In this document: piece after piece, positions 42,579 through 51,992 of the stretch
How the letters are laid out: every line of letters begins with the position of its first letter
Position numbering within the stretch: position 1 is the stretch's first letter
Assembly (NCBI GenBank): GCA_964291215.2
Contig: OZ219791.1
Location: 704,001 to 768,000, forward strand
Direction of reading: 5' to 3'
Source: Alphaproteobacteria bacterium
GTDB taxonomy: Bacteria; Pseudomonadota; Alphaproteobacteria; MPNO01; UBA830
Length of the DNA: 64,000 bases
Notes under the pieces: generated by a model
What the model was told of the DNA's origin: nothing
Databases searched by the model: none
Seen by the model: only the letters and a program-made list of their open reading frames with translations
Made by a program: the position numbers and the translations under genes

Positions 42579-44330
42579 TCAAAGGTCAAGGGCCTCGACG
42601 GCATTGGCGCCGAACCAACTGTTCACCGTCTGCAGGGCACCAGGGGGCAGTTCTTGAGTGAAGAGGATAGCTAGTCGTTTCTTCGGCCTTGAGCAGGTGA
42701 CGTAGAAGAGGTTACGATTGCGCTCGAAGGCGTCGTGTCTGTCTGGGGGAATGGAGAGGGGATCGGCCGCCAGTTCGAGCATTTGGCCGAAGTTGTATCG
42801 GTTCCAGCCTCTGCCGACGACCACCAGGACATTGTCAAATTCCGCACCCTTGACACCGTGTTTGGTCTCGAACGGGGAGTGCCCCGAGAGATAGCGGCAG
42901 AGTGCAACGATCTCGCGGTATGGCACGGCGCGGAGTTTCTCGAGCTCTTTCAGCGGGCGAGGCATGACCTCTTCAGCGTCCGGATCGAACTCCCGCAATT
43001 CACGCTCGCGCCGCTCCACAGCATCGGGAACGCGGGGGCGGCGCACTGCAAGCAGGTGCTCCAACACATCGCCGACCGTAGCGCGATCTCGCAACTCGAT
43101 CGTTCTGTCCATGGCTTCGGTCCACTTGTGCTTGTCGTCATGAGCACGGATCGCCGGAACGCTGGAGCCGAGCGCTCGAAACATTTCGCCGTATTTCTGT
43201 GAGAGGTAGGCATTACAGGCAGGTTCCAGAGCGTCGGCGAAGTAGGCGATGTGCGGATGCTCCTTCTTGGTGAAGGTATCGTTGAAGGCGAATACCGCGG
43301 GAATGCTGGGATAGCCTTGCCGGCCTGCGAGGACGCTGTGGGTGAGCATCAGGATTTTGGTGGTCTCGGGAGAGAGGTCCCAACCCTCCAAGTCAAGGCG
43401 GTAGAGGACGGTCTGAAGCGCGTTCTCCGCGGTCTCGGCAGGGAGATCGCCGAGCCAATAGCCGCCGCCGCCGGGGCGGCGTTCGCCAGGCCAAGCGTTG
43501 GTGTGAAAGATGCGGACCTCGCCCTCCGCGTCGGGATCGACGACGGACTGGGGTAGTTCGGGCCGCATGCGGTTGAGACAGTCGACGATGGTCGGAACGG
43601 AGCGAAAGTTCGCCTCCTTGCCGATCACGGTGAGGCCCGGATGGTCGATTTTTCCGCAGCCGTTGCCGTAGATCTTCTGCCAGTGGTCACCGAAGAACCC
43701 GAATTGTGGCGAGTTTGCTCGGCCAAGAAAGTGGTGCTTGATGGAGTCAATCCAGCCGTGGTCCGTGTCCTGGTATTCGTCGATCAGGATGATCGGATAC
43801 TTGTCGGCCAGGATGCTCCTGAATTTGGAATTGCCCATGAGCGCGATGGTCAGGATGAGGACATCGTCGTGATGGATGGAGATGCGGGCGTCGTTGATGC
43901 TTCTGTGCCCGAGCTCGTATTCAACTCGGCGTTCCCCGACGCCGCCGACTTCGGCGAGCTTCTCAGGCCAGTGTTCGAGGTCAGGCAGGCGTTCGCGGAG
44001 CTGTCTCTGGAACCCGACGATGAGTGACCAGCAGAAGGCGTGGATGGTGTTGCAATGGATGATCGGGCTGCGGTCGGTGCGGGCCTCGATTTCGTTCTTG
44101 GCAACATTCGTGAAGGTGATGCAGGCGATCCGTTGGTGGCGTTGCGGCAAGGCGTGACGGTAGCGGTCGATAAGGAATTGCAGCGCCCTCACGAGGGTGT
44201 AGGTTTTGCCGGCGCCGGCACCAGCTTCGACGAGGAAGCTCTCCCCGTGTTCGAGGCAGTGATGGACTTGGTCGAGGGCTCTCTGGCTGGCCTCCTCGGC
44301 CGGGTTCATGGGTTGGACGGGTTCAACCAT
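42579..44330 (-). CDS. gajB: UvrD-like helicase, Gabija GajB
   Basis: AGAGAGKT, DEYQD, FGDHWQKIY, TKHGVKGAEF, FYVTCSR; overlaps the OLD nuclease gene. Confidence 0.85.
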   Translation of the reverse strand: MVEPVQPMNPAEEASQRALDQVHHCLEHGESFLVEAGAGAGKTYTLVRALQFLIDRYRHALPQRHQRIACITFTNVAKNEIEARTDRSPIIHCNTIHAFCWSLIVGFQRQLRERLPDLEHWPEKLAEVGGVGERRVEYELGHRSINDARISIHHDDVLILTIALMGNSKFRSILADKYPIILIDEYQDTDHGWIDSIKHHFLGRANSPQFGFFGDHWQKIYGNGCGKIDHPGLTVIGKEANFRSVPTIVDCLNRMRPELPQSVVDPDAEGEVRIFHTNAWPGERRPGGGGYWLGDLPAETAENALQTVLYRLDLEGWDLSPETTKILMLTHSVLAGRQGYPSIPAVFAFNDTFTKKEHPHIAYFADALEPACNAYLSQKYGEMFRALGSSVPAIRAHDDKHKWTEAMDRTIELRDRATVGDVLEHLLAVRRPRVPDAVERRERELREFDPDAEEVMPRPLKELEKLRAVPYREIVALCRYLSGHSPFETKHGVKGAEFDNVLVVVGRGWNRYNFGQMLELAADPLSIPPDRHDAFERNRNLFYVTCSRPKKRLAILFTQELPPGALQTVNSWFGANAVEALDL

Positions 44331-46374
44331 CGTGGGCCACCGCGGCGTCAGGGGCCTCGAGAATGGGGGCAGCTTGGTCGATTACCGCCCCGTCGTCCGC
44401 AATGTCGCCACGCGCGAGCCATCTCAATCCGTTGACGATGTAGCCCGGTGGGGACCAGTCGGTGTTGTCGATCGCGTGTTTGAGCGCGAACTCGGACTTC
44501 TTGATGGTGTTGAGCTGGTGCCACGCACACTGGGCCTGATCGTCCGGCTTGTCACCTTCGATCCCGAACATGGCTGGATTTGCCAGCATGAACGCGTCCT
44601 CAAAAGTGCGGCCGCATGGACCGCCCTCGGCCTCGGGCCGCTGGTAGGCGATGCGCCGGAGGTTCTGGACCTTCGAGGCGTCGTCTTTGGCGAGGAGGGC
44701 TGCGGGTGAACAGTCGCCGCCACCGAACCAGGATTTCAGACAAGCGTCGCTGGTCGCGGTCCTTTGGTGCACCGGGCAGGTCTTGCGATCAGCGGTGACG
44801 GAGTCGAGGTCGGTGATGATGAGGGTCCGCAGTTCCAGAAAGTCGAGAAGAGCGAAGAAGATGTGCGCGTAGGCACCGCCCACTTCCATCGTCGTCACGT
44901 ATTGGCTGGAGAGTTTGGGTTCAGCAGGCTCGGCAGCCTCCAGCTTGTTAATGATTACGGGCAGCAGCAGGCGCTCGCTCGCGCCTTCGATCAGCACGGC
45001 TTTGTCGGCAAAGAAGAGATCGCAGCGCGTCAGGGTCAGATACTGGTGGAGAAATCGCCTGTGCTCTTCGGGCGTATCGTGCAGCCCTTGGCGGAGATCC
45101 TTGGTTCTGGTGTGGCGCACCCCGTCGACAGACGCAGGGATGAAATAGCGGATTGCCTGGAACCCGGCCGCGTTTGCGACGTGGGAAGAATGGGTCGAAA
45201 CGATGAACTGGACCGGCCACGGCAGGGGAGCACCGTCCTGCGTGCTGAGCTGGTGGGCAATCTTTGAGACCTGGCGGATGAACACTTCCTGCATCTGCGG
45301 ATGCAGGTGGGCCTCGGGCTCCTCAATGAAGACGAGGTGGACTCCAGGCGCGGCCGGTTCAGCGCGGAAAGAGCGATAGAAACTGACTAGCTGGAGCAGG
45401 ATGAAGATAAGGTTGCGTATGCCGAGGCCGGTGTACGACTCCGGTAACTGGATGCCGTGATGGCCGGCGTACCTGACCTTGGTGTGGCGTGAGAGCAAGC
45501 GCTCGATGTCGAGTGTCGTTTCGGTTTCGAGCTCGGAGCCATCGAGACCGGGATAGCCGAAGGAGTGCAATGTCGGCATGAGCTTCTGCAGTTCTTCTCT
45601 GAAACCGCCTTGAATCGTGCTTTGGATATCGCGAACGGCATCCTGGAGTGCTTGGGCGATCAGCTGCTCTTGCTCGTCGGCGGTGGGCGACTGCGCGGCG
45701 GTAAAGAGGCCCTCGAGAATCTTGGCGAGGACATCGGTGTCTCTTGAGGTGTCATCGTCGAGGCCACGCTGGGCATTCACGAAACCTGTTTTCAAGAGCG
45801 AGCGGAGCGCGGTTACGGTCATCTGCTTTCGGTTGGCGTCGTCGTTGGGGTCTTCGGCCCATATGCTGGCGGTAAATAGGTCGGGTACGCGCTGGCGGAG
45901 TTCTTGGAAGAAGGCGATGCGATCGCGGTCGGTGAGATTGCCGGCCGGTTGATCGGCGAACAGCGAATCGATGGCGCCATCTCGCAGCTCGTAGCGCGCC
46001 ACGACCATGGTCTCGTTGCAGTCGGGGTCGAGATCGACGATGAAGTCGCTGAGCGCGCCGAGATCAGGTTGGTTGGGGTCGTAGCGGAACAGGAGTCGTA
46101 GCTCGATGCTCGGAATGAGGGTGCGGACCTCATCGTCAGGGCGCCCGGCACTCTTGGCCGTAAGCGCGTCGCAGAAGCGGTCATAGGAGGTGTTGGAGAA
46201 GTCCTCGATCTGGAACCTGGGATTCTGGTCGGCGAGGAACCGGCGAATTGCCTCGGACAGGGATGTCTTGCCGCTGTTGTTGCGCCCAACGATGAGGGTC
46301 GTCGGAGTTTCCAGCACTAGGTCGGCATCTGCTAAGAGGCGAAAGTTCCTGACTGTGACTTTGTGAAGGTGCAT
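44323..46374 (-). CDS. gajA: OLD-family ATP-dependent endonuclease (ABC ATPase + TOPRIM), Gabija GajA
   Basis: Walker A GRNNSGKT, IEEPEAHLHP, STHS, TOPRIM IEGASE and ITDLD. Confidence 0.88.
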   Translation of the reverse strand: MHLHKVTVRNFRLLADADLVLETPTTLIVGRNNSGKTSLSEAIRRFLADQNPRFQIEDFSNTSYDRFCDALTAKSAGRPDDEVRTLIPSIELRLLFRYDPNQPDLGALSDFIVDLDPDCNETMVVARYELRDGAIDSLFADQPAGNLTDRDRIAFFQELRQRVPDLFTASIWAEDPNDDANRKQMTVTALRSLLKTGFVNAQRGLDDDTSRDTDVLAKILEGLFTAAQSPTADEQEQLIAQALQDAVRDIQSTIQGGFREELQKLMPTLHSFGYPGLDGSELETETTLDIERLLSRHTKVRYAGHHGIQLPESYTGLGIRNLIFILLQLVSFYRSFRAEPAAPGVHLVFIEEPEAHLHPQMQEVFIRQVSKIAHQLSTQDGAPLPWPVQFIVSTHSSHVANAAGFQAIRYFIPASVDGVRHTRTKDLRQGLHDTPEEHRRFLHQYLTLTRCDLFFADKAVLIEGASERLLLPVIINKLEAAEPAEPKLSSQYVTTMEVGGAYAHIFFALLDFLELRTLIITDLDSVTADRKTCPVHQRTATSDACLKSWFGGGDCSPAALLAKDDASKVQNLRRIAYQRPEAEGGPCGRTFEDAFMLANPAMFGIEGDKPDDQAQCAWHQLNTIKKSEFALKHAIDNTDWSPPGYIVNGLRWLARGDIADDGAVIDQAAPILEAPDAAVAHDG

Positions 46375-46489
46375 GTGCGGGCCTGTGTGTCGGGGGATAT
46401 ACGTCGGGTAGGCGAGGTTGAGTTTCCCTGAAGATTCGAGAGTACGGTTCCCAGCAGCGGGAAGCGCCGTGATTCGAAGGAGACCTGGG

Positions 46490-47989
46490 TCAGGTGCATA
46501 GCGCAGATTTCGCGCGGCCGAACCTCATCCGGAGTTGCCGGTAGCGATACCTCATGCGAGTAGCCCAGCTGTCTTGCGGTTCATCGGTGAACGGGTAAGT
46601 GGGCCTTCCGTCTTTGCCGAGTCCTAGTCGTAGGTGCGAGAACTCGCAGCTGGCCACACAGCGGTCCGGGTGCTCAAACGGCTCAGTCTCGGCTTCGACG
46701 AAGCGGTGTTCGAATGACCATCGGCCGGCGGTCGAGGTCCCGTCGTGCCACCAGTCTTCGCCGATCGCGTAGCGCACGAGCATGCGCATCTCCTCAGCCG
46801 CCACCAGGTTGCAGAACGCGATGGTGTTCTGGCCCGGTTCCGGGCCGTCGGGGGCATCGTCGTTGATGTAGCGTCCGTGACGCCGGATGCCCATCCGTTC
46901 ATCTCGAGCATCGCCGCTGGTGTACTGGCCGCGGCACCGCAGGCATTGCATGTCGGGGCCGACCAGGTGGACGCGCCATTTGGCAGAGAGCAGACGGTCT
47001 CGTGATTCCACGAGGACCCCGCCGTCGATCAGGGGTAGGCAGTTTGCGTAGGCAACGTGATTGAGAACTTCGCGCGCCTCGGCATTGTCGACGCAGCACA
47101 TGATGAGGTCCGCGTCGGCTGCGAGGCGGTACGCACGCTCGGTGCGGATCGACAACGGAATCGCGCGAACGATCGGGCGGCGCGCGGTGGCAATTCTGCG
47201 AAGGTGGGCCGCGGCCAGAACCGCCTTGGGCAGTCCGAGGCAGTGCCGGTCAGCGTAGATCAGGCGATCGAGGTTCCTGTCCTCGACGAGGTCGGGGTCG
47301 ATCACGGTGATCTGCTCGAACCCGGTGCGTGCGAGGGATTCGAGGACGATCGAACCGACGCTACCCGCTCCGACGACGCAGACGTGGGTGCGAGCCAGGC
47401 GCGCCTGCGCGTCGATGCCCCAGCTGTCCACGGTGCGCACCAGGCTTGGACGGCGGGCGTAGGGCGGATGGGCGCCCGGAGCCAAGTCCGCGCCCGTGCG
47501 GCGCGGCCCGATCCGTCGAACGTCGCTGCAGTGCGCAGGCGCGATGCGGCCAGGCCCGGATTCCTGCCAGAACCGGGCGCTCCAGACGCCGTCGGAGCCC
47601 ATGGTGAGGCCGAGCAGCGGCAAGTCCGTCTCTCGGACGAAGGGCGCGACGATGTTGCGCTCGGTGTCGTCATCCATGCCGCTCAGGGCCTGCCAGCCGG
47701 GACCAGGATGGCTGTGAAGGACGGCAACGCCTGCCTTCGCCTTGAGCGCGCGATCGAGGACGCGGTTGAGATATCCGCCGTGCACGGTGACGTTGCCGTG
47801 CAGATCCCGGTCGCCGTCTTCCGGCAGAACGATGTCGGCGAGGATCCCCGTATAGCGGTTGAGCCCATCGCCGCGGCGCCAGAGCGCAAGACAAGCCTCC
47901 TCCTGCAGCCCACCGCGGCGCAGCCCGCTCAGGAGGTGATCCGCGAGCTGGCGGTGGAGGGCTTCACGCACTATGACGCGATGATTCAA
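46490..47989 (-). CDS. JAB/JAMM-like peptidase domain fused to a ThiF/E1-like adenylyltransferase
   Basis: N-terminal E..HSHPGPGWQALSGMD; C-terminal GAGSVGS, DPDLVEDRNLDRL, CVDN, CLRC; TTG start overlaps the upstream stop. Confidence 0.88.
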   Translation of the reverse strand: MNHRVIVREALHRQLADHLLSGLRRGGLQEEACLALWRRGDGLNRYTGILADIVLPEDGDRDLHGNVTVHGGYLNRVLDRALKAKAGVAVLHSHPGPGWQALSGMDDDTERNIVAPFVRETDLPLLGLTMGSDGVWSARFWQESGPGRIAPAHCSDVRRIGPRRTGADLAPGAHPPYARRPSLVRTVDSWGIDAQARLARTHVCVVGAGSVGSIVLESLARTGFEQITVIDPDLVEDRNLDRLIYADRHCLGLPKAVLAAAHLRRIATARRPIVRAIPLSIRTERAYRLAADADLIMCCVDNAEAREVLNHVAYANCLPLIDGGVLVESRDRLLSAKWRVHLVGPDMQCLRCRGQYTSGDARDERMGIRRHGRYINDDAPDGPEPGQNTIAFCNLVAAEEMRMLVRYAIGEDWWHDGTSTAGRWSFEHRFVEAETEPFEHPDRCVASCEFSHLRLGLGKDGRPTYPFTDEPQDSWATRMRYRYRQLRMRFGRAKSALCT

Positions 47990-48411
47990 CGCGCACTCCA
48001 GATTCTGCGGATGTGCTTGTTCAGGTAGGCTTCCATGTTCTTGCCGTTCGGGGTGTCGATCTGATCCCAGAAGTCGCTCGGCGGAGCGCTAATTGCCATC
48101 CAGTCGAGACCGTCATCGCACTGGAAGATCTGGATGGCGCCCGGGGAGTGAGACCCCTTTACCAGCTCCTCTAGGACGGGGTCGGGGGGCGAGAGGTAAA
48201 GCCAATGGGGTGCAACCTCGGGCCACTCGCCCTCGTTCTGGTGCATCGCGAGTGCCAGGGTCACGGTCTCCCCCGCGCGGCTGCCGTCCTCGATCCGGTA
48301 AGGGAAGCGGACGCCGTCCGCGCCGCCTTGCTGCTCGGGCGCCGCGAACGGGCTCGTGTCATAGCGCAGCGCGGCGAGTTCGGCAGCAATGCGCTTGGAA
48401 TTGTTGCTCAT
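47986..48411 (-). CDS. prokaryotic E2/UBC-like protein
   Basis: 141 aa from MSNNSK; FPYRIEDG, WPEVAPHWLYL (YP..PP-like), W.AIS.P...W; lies between Ubl and E1 with ATGA/TTGA overlaps. Confidence 0.65.
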   Translation of the reverse strand: MSNNSKRIAAELAALRYDTSPFAAPEQQGGADGVRFPYRIEDGSRAGETVTLALAMHQNEGEWPEVAPHWLYLSPPDPVLEELVKGSHSPGAIQIFQCDDGLDWMAISAPPSDFWDQIDTPNGKNMEAYLNKHIRRIWSAR

Positions 48412-48650
48412 GCGAATGGCGCACCCTTCTCCGGAGCGGCCCGAAATACGTTGTACTTGTCGAGGTCGACCACTTGTCCAGAGACGAAGGTGAGGTCGGA
48501 GTCCGGTACTCTCAGCACGTACCCAGTCTTGTCCGGGTCCTCGCCGATGGCCTTGCCGGCGAAGGTGATCTGCAACAGAACGGCAGCATCGACGGCCTGC
48601 TGTTCGGCGAAGAAGGTCTCGCCGTTCACCTTGAATTCGAACTTGTCCAT
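48408..48650 (-). CDS. ubiquitin-like (multi-ubiquitin type beta-grasp) protein
   Basis: 80 aa; FKVNGE, YVL and VVDL..F pattern; GAGG RBS; first gene of the E2/E1 operon. Confidence 0.7.
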   Translation of the reverse strand: MDKFEFKVNGETFFAEQQAVDAAVLLQITFAGKAIGEDPDKTGYVLRVPDSDLTFVSGQVVDLDKYNVFRAAPEKGAPFA

Positions 48651-48739
48651 CTCGTTGTCCTCTGAGCTGAGCGTTGTCCGGCACCGTTGCGCGGTCCACG
48701 CTCAGGGCGATAAGGTCCGGCAGTAGGCACCAACTTGGA

Positions 48740-48775
48740 GTTTACATTACCACGCTATATGTATATCTTGTCAAC
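48740..48775. promoter_or_regulatory. overlapping divergent promoters / candidate XRE operator
   Basis: Plus strand TTTACA-N17-TATCTT; minus strand TTGACA at 48774-48769; the two -35 boxes form the imperfect IR GTTTACA..TGTCAAC. Confidence 0.55.
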
Positions 48776-48802
48776 CACGGGTTAACGAGGGAGGAGGAAC
48801 GC

Positions 48803-49882
48803 ATGTTCGGACAACGACTCCGACTCGCCCGGAAACGGGCAGGTCTATCGATGCGGGAGCTCGCGGACGCGATGAGCCTGAAGGTGACCGCTCAGGCGAT
48901 CAGCAAGTACGAGGCGGGCAAGATGCTGCCCTCCTCGGCCGTGCTTGTCGGTCTCGGGAAGGCTCTCGACGTCTCGCTGGACTTTCTGATGAGCGCGCAA
49001 GTCGAGGCGCTCGAGGCGGTCGAGTTCCGCAAGCATTCCCGCGCGTCGGCCCGCGATCGCGCAAGGGCCGAAGCAGAGGTGATGGACAGCCTAGAGCGCT
49101 ACCTAGCGATCGAACACATCCTCGACATCGAGTCCAGCGTCGAATGGGTGGAGGGGCGCCGCTACGACAGCGTCGCGAGCGAATCCCAGATCGACGAGCG
49201 GGCCGACGAACTGCGCAGGGTCTGGGATCTCGGCCTCGACCCGATCCCCAGCTTGTGCGAGTTGCTCGAAGACAAGGGAATCAAGGTGGTGGAAGCCGAT
49301 CTCCCGGAGAGCATCAACGGGCTCTCGTGTCACGTTCTCCGGGGCGGCGAGATCGTCGCCGAGGCCGTCGTCGTGTCCAGCCGGATCAATGTGGAGCGCA
49401 AGCGCTTCACGCTGGCCCACGAGCTCGCGCACAGGATCATCCGCTCCACCGGCAATCCGGCGATCGACCTCGAACGGGCGATGAACCGCTTCGCCGGTGC
49501 GTTTCTGGTTCCCGGCCAGAGTCTTCGGGACGAAGTCGGCGCTGATCGCCACAGGATCACCCATTACGAGATCGTCTGCCTGAAACAAATCTACGGCGTG
49601 TCGGCCGCGGCCCTGCTGATGCGTCTCGGACAGGTGGGCGTACTGTCCCAAGGCTCTGTACAACATGCCTTCGCGACCTTCGCCCGGTCCTGGCGCAAGT
49701 CGGAGCCGGATCCGATCCGCCCCGACCATGGGTTCGCGGCCTTCGAGAAGCCTCGTCGCTTCAAGCGGCTTGTCTCGCGCGCGGTGGGCGAGGAACTGAT
49801 CTCACCCGTCCGTGCGGCCGCGCTTCTCAACCAGTCGCTCGAATCGGTCGAGCGGCAGATCAGCGGTCCTGCCATCCAGTGA
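48803..49882 (+). CDS. XRE HTH fused to an ImmA/IrrE metallopeptidase
   Basis: RLRLARKRAGLS..AISKYEAG HTH; RFTLAHELAH (HExxH); strong GGAGG RBS. Confidence 0.92.
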   Translation: MFGQRLRLARKRAGLSMRELADAMSLKVTAQAISKYEAGKMLPSSAVLVGLGKALDVSLDFLMSAQVEALEAVEFRKHSRASARDRARAEAEVMDSLERYLAIEHILDIESSVEWVEGRRYDSVASESQIDERADELRRVWDLGLDPIPSLCELLEDKGIKVVEADLPESINGLSCHVLRGGEIVAEAVVVSSRINVERKRFTLAHELAHRIIRSTGNPAIDLERAMNRFAGAFLVPGQSLRDEVGADRHRITHYEIVCLKQIYGVSAAALLMRLGQVGVLSQGSVQHAFATFARSWRKSEPDPIRPDHGFAAFEKPRRFKRLVSRAVGEELISPVRAAALLNQSLESVERQISGPAIQ

Positions 49883-50412
49883 CCTGCGTCATCGTCAACG
49901 ACGCTTCGTGCTTGATCGACCTCCGTAAGGGAGGCCTGCTGGGCGTCGTTTGAGACCTGCCCTATCGGTTGGTGATCCCGTTGCCCGTGCGGGCTTTGGA
50001 AGTGCTCGACCTTTCGGAGGCCGAATGGCAGGCGCTCGACGAGGCCGGCATGATCACGCACGACCTGACTCTGGAGGAGGTCGGTCAGGCGTTCGCGGTG
50101 AAGAGGCGTCATGCGGGACTCTCCGCCAACGACTGCTTCTGTCTGGTCACGGCACGGATCTATCCGGGCATCCTGCTCACGGGCGACGCCCTACTGCGCA
50201 AGGTTGCCGCAGCGAATGGACTGCGGGTGCACGGCGTGCTCTGGGTGGTCGACGAGCTTGAGGCTGCAGCCGTTTGCAGCAGATCGCTTCTGAGTCGGGC
50301 GCTCAAGGCATGGCAGTCGGACGAGTCGGTGTTCCTTCCCCCGCACGAAATCAGCACGCGGCTTGAGTACCTGGCGAAAGCCGGGTCTCGGAGAAGCAGC
50401 GAAAATCGCTGA
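49879..50412 (+). pseudogene. PIN-domain protein with an in-frame TGA at codon 25
   Basis: GTG overlaps the regulator stop; reads VTCVIVNDASCLIDLRKGGLLGVV*DLPYRL..; LSANDC, LLTGDALLR and VHGVLWV are PIN motifs; TGA at 49951-49953. Confidence 0.8.
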
Positions 50413-50660
50413 TGGGGACATGGAAGGCCTGTCGTGGTCTGGGGTTTGATTTGATCCGATTACGGCACGATGACAGACGGCTCTGCTGATCCTGTGGATG
50501 GGGCGAAGATTCTAGGAATTCCGCGGGGTTGCGCGTGTCGCCGCTGCATCGGAACGCGATTCTGACGAAACAAGGGCATGTCGTGGCTTTCGGGACAAGA
50601 TCGCGGCCTGCGGTCCGGCGGCAGGTGAGCGGTGTTGGCCGCCGGCCTGCGATCGGGCCG

Positions 50661-50774
50661 CTAGCATGCGCCGCCGGGACAGTACCAATGAGCGTAGGCC
50701 GTCGCGGCGCCGGCGGCGGCGACGCAGTACACGGTGATCGCGGTAAAGATCCTGCGAATGCGGCGTTGGTTCAT
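50661..50774 (-). CDS. possible 37-aa secreted peptide
   Basis: GGGGAG RBS; MNQRRIRRIFTAITVYCVAAAGAATAYA-HWYCPGGAC. Confidence 0.35.
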   Translation of the reverse strand: MNQRRIRRIFTAITVYCVAAAGAATAYAHWYCPGGAC

Positions 50775-50969
50775 GTGCTCCCCCTTTCGGGCTTGCGGAT
50801 GTCGCCATTTCATATGGGTGGCATGGCGAACCGCGGCCAATACCGTTGTTGGTGGCACCCGTAAGTTTCCCATTTCTGGCAACCCAAAATTTCTCACTTT
50901 TGGCTTGTCGCTGAAGGTGCGTCGGGCCGCTCTGTTGGCTTTGCCAACGGAGCGGGGTGGGGTGCGCGG

Positions 50970-51992
50970 ATGTATGGATGGGAGATGAGGATGTTGTTGA
51001 AGCACTATCTGGACCAAGGCGTTTCGAAGGCGGAGCTGTCGCGCCGGTTCGGGGTGAACCGGCGCACGATCCATTACTGGATCGAGACGGGCCAACTGGA
51101 CCGTGATCTGTCGGTCGGCCCGCGAGATTATGCGCCGCGTCACCCGGTGGCTCACAAGCTGGATCCCTACAAGGGGATCATCGACGCGCGCCTTGAGGAG
51201 TTCCCGAAGCTCTCGGCGAAGCGTCTGTTCGACGAGGTTCGCGCGGCGGGCTACCCGGGCGGCTATCGCCGCGTGCTGGACTATGTGCGTGCGACGCGGC
51301 CGCGCGAGCCGGTCGAGGCGGTGGTGCGGTTCGAGACGCCGGCGGGTCGCCAGGGCCAGGTGGACTTCGGGACGTTCCGGCCTCCCTGGGGCCGGCGTCA
51401 TGCCTTGGTGGTGGTGCTGGGCTACTCCCGGCTTCTGTGGCTGCGGTTCTTCCCCCGGCAGACGATGGCAGTGCTGATGGAGGGACTGGAGAGCGCCTTC
51501 GGTCGGTTCGGCGGGGTTCCGGAGGAGCTGCTGTTCGACCAGATGCGCGCGGTGGTGCTGTCCGACGACCGCACCGGCGCCGGCGGCCTGGTGCTCAACG
51601 CGGAGTTCCTGCGCTTCGCCACGCACTGGGGGTTCATGCCCCGCTCGTGCCGCCCCTATCGGGCCCGGACGAAGGGCAAGGTGGAGCGTCCGATCCGCTA
51701 CATCCGCGAGAGCTTCTTCTACGGACGCAGCTTCGCGAACGACGACGATCTCAACCAACAGGCCGCGGGCTGGCTGGAGGGTACGGCCAACGTTCGCCGG
51801 CACGCCACGACCGGGGAACGCCCCGTCGACCGCTTCGAGCGCGACGAACGGGCGGCGCTTCGCCCCCTGGCCATCTCTCCCTACCGGCGTCTCGGCCTCC
51901 GCCAGGCTCCGGAGCCCGCACGACGGCGCTTTCCGACAAGTGTGGAGGTCGAACGGCGCCCGCTCAGCGTCTATGCGGAGGCGCTGCAATGA
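50970..51992 (+). CDS. istA: IS21 transposase
   Basis: RFETPAGRQGQVDFG, LFDQM and TKGKVER. Confidence 0.93.
   Translation: MYGWEMRMLLKHYLDQGVSKAELSRRFGVNRRTIHYWIETGQLDRDLSVGPRDYAPRHPVAHKLDPYKGIIDARLEEFPKLSAKRLFDEVRAAGYPGGYRRVLDYVRATRPREPVEAVVRFETPAGRQGQVDFGTFRPPWGRRHALVVVLGYSRLLWLRFFPRQTMAVLMEGLESAFGRFGGVPEELLFDQMRAVVLSDDRTGAGGLVLNAEFLRFATHWGFMPRSCRPYRARTKGKVERPIRYIRESFFYGRSFANDDDLNQQAAGWLEGTANVRRHATTGERPVDRFERDERAALRPLAISPYRRLGLRQAPEPARRRFPTSVEVERRPLSVYAEALQ

Noticed and set aside
46490-48650. CBASS or Pycsar type II (Cap2/Cap3)
   Set aside because: No CD-NTase or cyclase gene is nearby; a stand-alone Ubl is present and JAB is fused to E1.
47986-48699. The 237-aa ORF in the track as one protein
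   Set aside because: Its first 96 codons overlap the Ubl gene in another frame; the ATG at 48411 with an ATGA overlap is the more credible start.
49951-49953. Selenocysteine or recoded TGA in the PIN gene (and in RidA at 5452-5454)
   Set aside because: No obvious SECIS-like hairpin, TGA is used as a normal stop throughout, and simple nonsense mutation explains both.
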